Source of the DNA: Callorhinchus milii
Taxonomy: Eukaryota
DNA: 64,000 nucleotides
Reading direction: 5' to 3'
Assembly (NCBI RefSeq): GCF_018977255.1
Contig: NW_024704743.1
Location: 70,930,001 to 70,994,000, forward strand
Under the pieces are notes generated by a model. It was not told the DNA's origin and did not search any database. It saw nothing but the letters and a program-made list of their open reading frames with translations. Both the position numbers and the translations under genes were made by a program. Position 1 is the stretch's first letter. Every line of letters starts with the position of its first letter. Below, one piece after another: positions 60,753 to 64,000 of this stretch.

Positions 60753-62589
60753 ATAGGTAAAGCACACATGGTGTAAAAACCGTCTAGTTTAGCCACCTAT
60801 TACCAGACACATGTGTAACCTAAATTCAACAATCTGCAATTTCTGGTTTTATGATTAATCAACAACTATATTTTCTTTAGTGTGAAGGAAGCTCTGCCAG
60901 AACTAATGCAGGATTGAAAAAATATTCATAAGTAGAATTATAGAGACATTTTTGATTTCATCTAGCACTTTTCTAGCAGAGTTGAATCTTTGGAACTGTC
61001 ATAAAGATGCGGCAGATTGTATCTTCCCGGGTGCAGTCTTTCCATTATTCTGCCAGGAGTTGGGTTCCAGCACATATACAAGGGTGACACTATGAACCGA
61101 GCAAAGATTAATTTTATTTTTTCCTTTTAATCTGTTGCAGGTGGAGTCATTGGGCTGCTTCACCAATTGATTCCTATTTGTTGTTGATCAGGGCTTCCTC
61201 AAGATCACTCTTCCATATTGTTACCACTGTATTTGTGTTTCCTGACCTCATGGAAATAAAGATTTACTATCCTCACGGAATTTTGGTGCCTAGTTTTTGA
61301 GAGTAAAACAGGGTTTCTAAGCCTCAGTGAGTGGTTGAATGATTCTGGCCCAACTGGTCTGGGTGGATAGAAGTTGCTTCACCTCCATGCAACTGGGCGT
61401 GGTTCTGACTAAATTAATTCATTTTGAAGGGTGTTTAATGATTTGATGGTTTGTAAAAGTTGTAAATGATCTTCAATACAATGACTTAAAGATAATCATT
61501 GTATTGAAGATTATGAAAGTGATGTGAAATGATCTTGACGTGTAAGGCACTATATCAAATATCAGAATTAATATTTGTGCTATGGCAAGCACAAGCTGCT
61601 AAGTTCTGAATGGTATTAGCTTGTGGAGGGAAGAGTTGGGAAGTCTTATCAGCACAGTTGATGTAGTCAAGTAAGCATAAATAAGGGTGTTGGCGTCCCG
61701 AGAGTTATTGCTGGAGGTGGGCAGCATAATAAACAATGGTGCAGCAAATTCTTGCAGTACCAAACCCAAACACTTAAGCGCAATTTCTGTTATGGTCTTG
61801 GCACCAAATCACTTGGAAAGAATCACCTCTCAGGTCATTACTGTCAAGTGTACTCATTTTGCAGGTACTGTATATGTGATGGCCATTTTGTGCCACAGCA
61901 AGGCACCACATGAGGTGAACCAACAAGGCTGATCTGGAAGATGTACTTACCGGTCGTTAGAACTACTGTAGTCACTGGGGCAAACACTTTGCAAGATTTT
62001 TACTCCACCGTGATGTGGTTGATACACAAAAGTGTTTTCACGTGGTTGGTTGACAGTTTGAGGTCAAATGCAGGAATACAAATGGGCAAAGCGTAGTGCT
62101 CAAGTTTTACTCTGGTGATTCAAGACGATTGCAATGCACCCTTACAGCCATGTTTATTCTGGATTTTTCTATAGGTAAAATTGTTGTTTATTGAAATTGT
62201 GTTAACTTCAATGGAACTTTTGCAGAATGTTTCGCTTGACATCGCATTGACGTCTTTTAGCCCTAACCCGTGGTAGTGGTGGTGGGAGGGGAGTGGGTGG
62301 GGGGGGATTTTTTATATCTTACTTAAATTTCACATCAACAATGTGATAAGGCGCTAAACCAAATGCAAGAATTACTCTAATAATACCAACCCGGGCATTG
62401 GATATAGCGCCTTATCGCGTCTTCGAGATGACTCGAAGCCCTTCACAGAATATACGGTAAAAGTGAATTGACTATATATTTTGTGGCCGATTCTTCCTGT
62501 ACATTACAGTGGCAAAACGGATAAACCACCAGAGAGTGCACTGCAAATGTGGAAACAGAGTGTGGATGTGAATGTGACAGAGGATCGCT

Positions 62590-62816
62590 CTGTGCCGCCC
62601 CTTCCGGGGGGTGTGTGTGTGTGTGTGTGTGTGGGGGGGGGGTCCCGCTGCCAGTGCCCGGGGACTAACACACACACACACACACAGACAGACACACACA
62701 CAGACAGCTGAGCTGAGCTGAGCTGAGGAGCTGCCACTTCGCTGTGGTCGCGGCTCCCGCCCGGAGCACTTCCTTATACAACAAGACAACACGGCGCGGC
62801 ACGTAGGCTGGAAACC
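62590..62816 (+). promoter_or_regulatory. KAT2B promoter/5'UTR CpG island with (GT)n and (CA)n tracts
   Basis: CpG-rich; CCGCCC GC box and CTTCCGG ETS-like site near 62595-62607; directly upstream of the KAT2B ATG. Confidence 0.6.
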
Positions 62817-63000
62817 ATGGCGGAGAGCGGCGGCGGCGGCGGCGGCGCCCTGCAACAGGGCTCTCCCGCCGTGGGCGGCGGCGGCGGCATCAGCAACAGC
62901 AACAGCTCGGAGCCGGTGGCGGTGCCGCCAGTGCCACCGCAGCTGTCGGTGTCGGTGTCGGTGGCAGTGCCCGGCGGCTCGGTGGGGGCGGAGGGCGGCC

Positions 63001-63032
<32 letters not shown>

Positions 63033-63155
63033 GCGGGCGCGGGGTCGCAGCAGCAGCAGCAGCAGCGGGAGAGGATCGCACTGAGGAAGGCGCAGCTCCG
63101 CAGTTACCCGCGGACAAAGAAACTGGAGAAGCTCGGGGTTTACTCCGCTTGTAAG
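62817..63155 (+). CDS. KAT2B: Histone acetyltransferase KAT2B/PCAF, first coding exon (gene continues beyond the window)
   Basis: ACCATGG Kozak; 113 codons ending RIALRKAQLRSYPRTKKLEKLGVYSACK|gtactg. RIAxxKAQLRS and GVYSACK match PCAF rather than GCN5/KAT2A (from recall); synteny with PP2D1. Confidence 0.92.
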
Positions 63156-63176
63156 GTACTGCCTGCACCCAGACTA

Positions 63177-64000
63177 CAGGGGGCACAGGGGGGCACAGCC
63201 TGCACAGGGGGGCACAGCCTGCACAGGGCACAGGGGGCACAGCCTGCACAGGGGCACAGCCTGCACAGGGCACAGGGGGGCACAGCCTGCACAGGGCACA
63301 GGGGGGCACAGCCTGCACAGGGCACAGGGGGGCACAGCCTGCACAGGGCACAGGGGGGCACAGCCTGCACAGGGCACAGGGGGGCACAGCCTGCACAGGG
63401 CACAGGGGGGCACAGCCTGCACAGGGCACAGGGGGCACAGCCTGCACAGGGCACAGGGGGGCACAGCCTGCACAGGGCACAGGGGGGGCACAGCCTGCAC
63501 AGGGCACAGGGGGGCACAGCCTGCACAGGGCACAGGGGGGCACAGCCTGCACAGGGCACAGGGGGGCACAGCCTGCACAGGGCACAGGGGGGGCACAGCC
63601 TGCACAGGGCACAGGGGGGGCACAGGGCACAGGGGGGCACAGCCTGCACAGGGGGGGCACAGCCTGCACAGGGCACAGGGGGGCACAGCCTGCACAGGGG
63701 GGCACAGCCTGCACAGGGCACAGGGGGGGCACAGGGCACAGGGGGGGCACAGCCTGCACAGGGCACAGCCTGCACAGGGCACAGGGGGGGCACAGCCTGC
63801 ACAGGGCACAGGGGGGCACAGCCTGCACAGGGCACAGGGGGGCACAGCCTGCACAGGGGAGGGCACAGCCTGCACAGGGCACAGGGGGCACAGGGCACAG
63901 GGGAGCACAGCCTGCACAGGGGGGGCACAGCCTGCACAGGGGGGGGCACAGCCTGCACAGGGGGAGCAGAGCCTGCACAGGGGGGGGCACAGCCTGCACA
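63177..64000. repeat. G-rich minisatellite, ~26-bp unit CACAGCCTGCACAGGGCACAG(G)n
   Basis: Tandem array starting ~20 bp after the KAT2B exon 1 donor and running off the window. Confidence 0.97.

Noticed and set aside
62890..63999. Cys/Pro-rich minus-strand ORFs resembling keratin-associated or metallothionein proteins
   Set aside because: Translation of the intron 1 minisatellite plus the antisense of KAT2B exon 1

Overview
Vertebrate genomic DNA with spliceosomal introns. The tRNA/Deu-type SINEs, L2 and CR1 fragments suggest a cartilaginous fish, possibly a chimaera (inference). Four genes were reconstructed by hand, in the same order and orientation as the human 3p24 block: EFHB (minus, 13 coding exons, about 584 aa), RAB5A (plus, non-coding exon 1 plus 5 coding exons, 216 aa), PP2D1 (minus, 2 coding exons, about 1081 aa) and the first coding exon of KAT2B/PCAF (plus). 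Introns and spacers are dense in SINEs, L2/CR1 LINE fragments and three GC-rich minisatellites. The most unusual structure is a ~600-bp cassette holding the EFHB promoter (RFX X-box, three GC boxes) and first coding exon, bracketed by ~240-bp, ~98% identical inverted repeats, so it is potentially invertible. Other points of note: a candidate 11-nt RAB5A 5'UTR microexon, a PP2D1 lacking three metal-binding aspartates and carrying a large repetitive insert, a possible 1-nt frameshift in EFHB exon 11, and a degenerate hammerhead-like motif in an EFHB intron. Gene and repeat names come from recalled family sequences, not database searches. Repeat boundaries are approximate.
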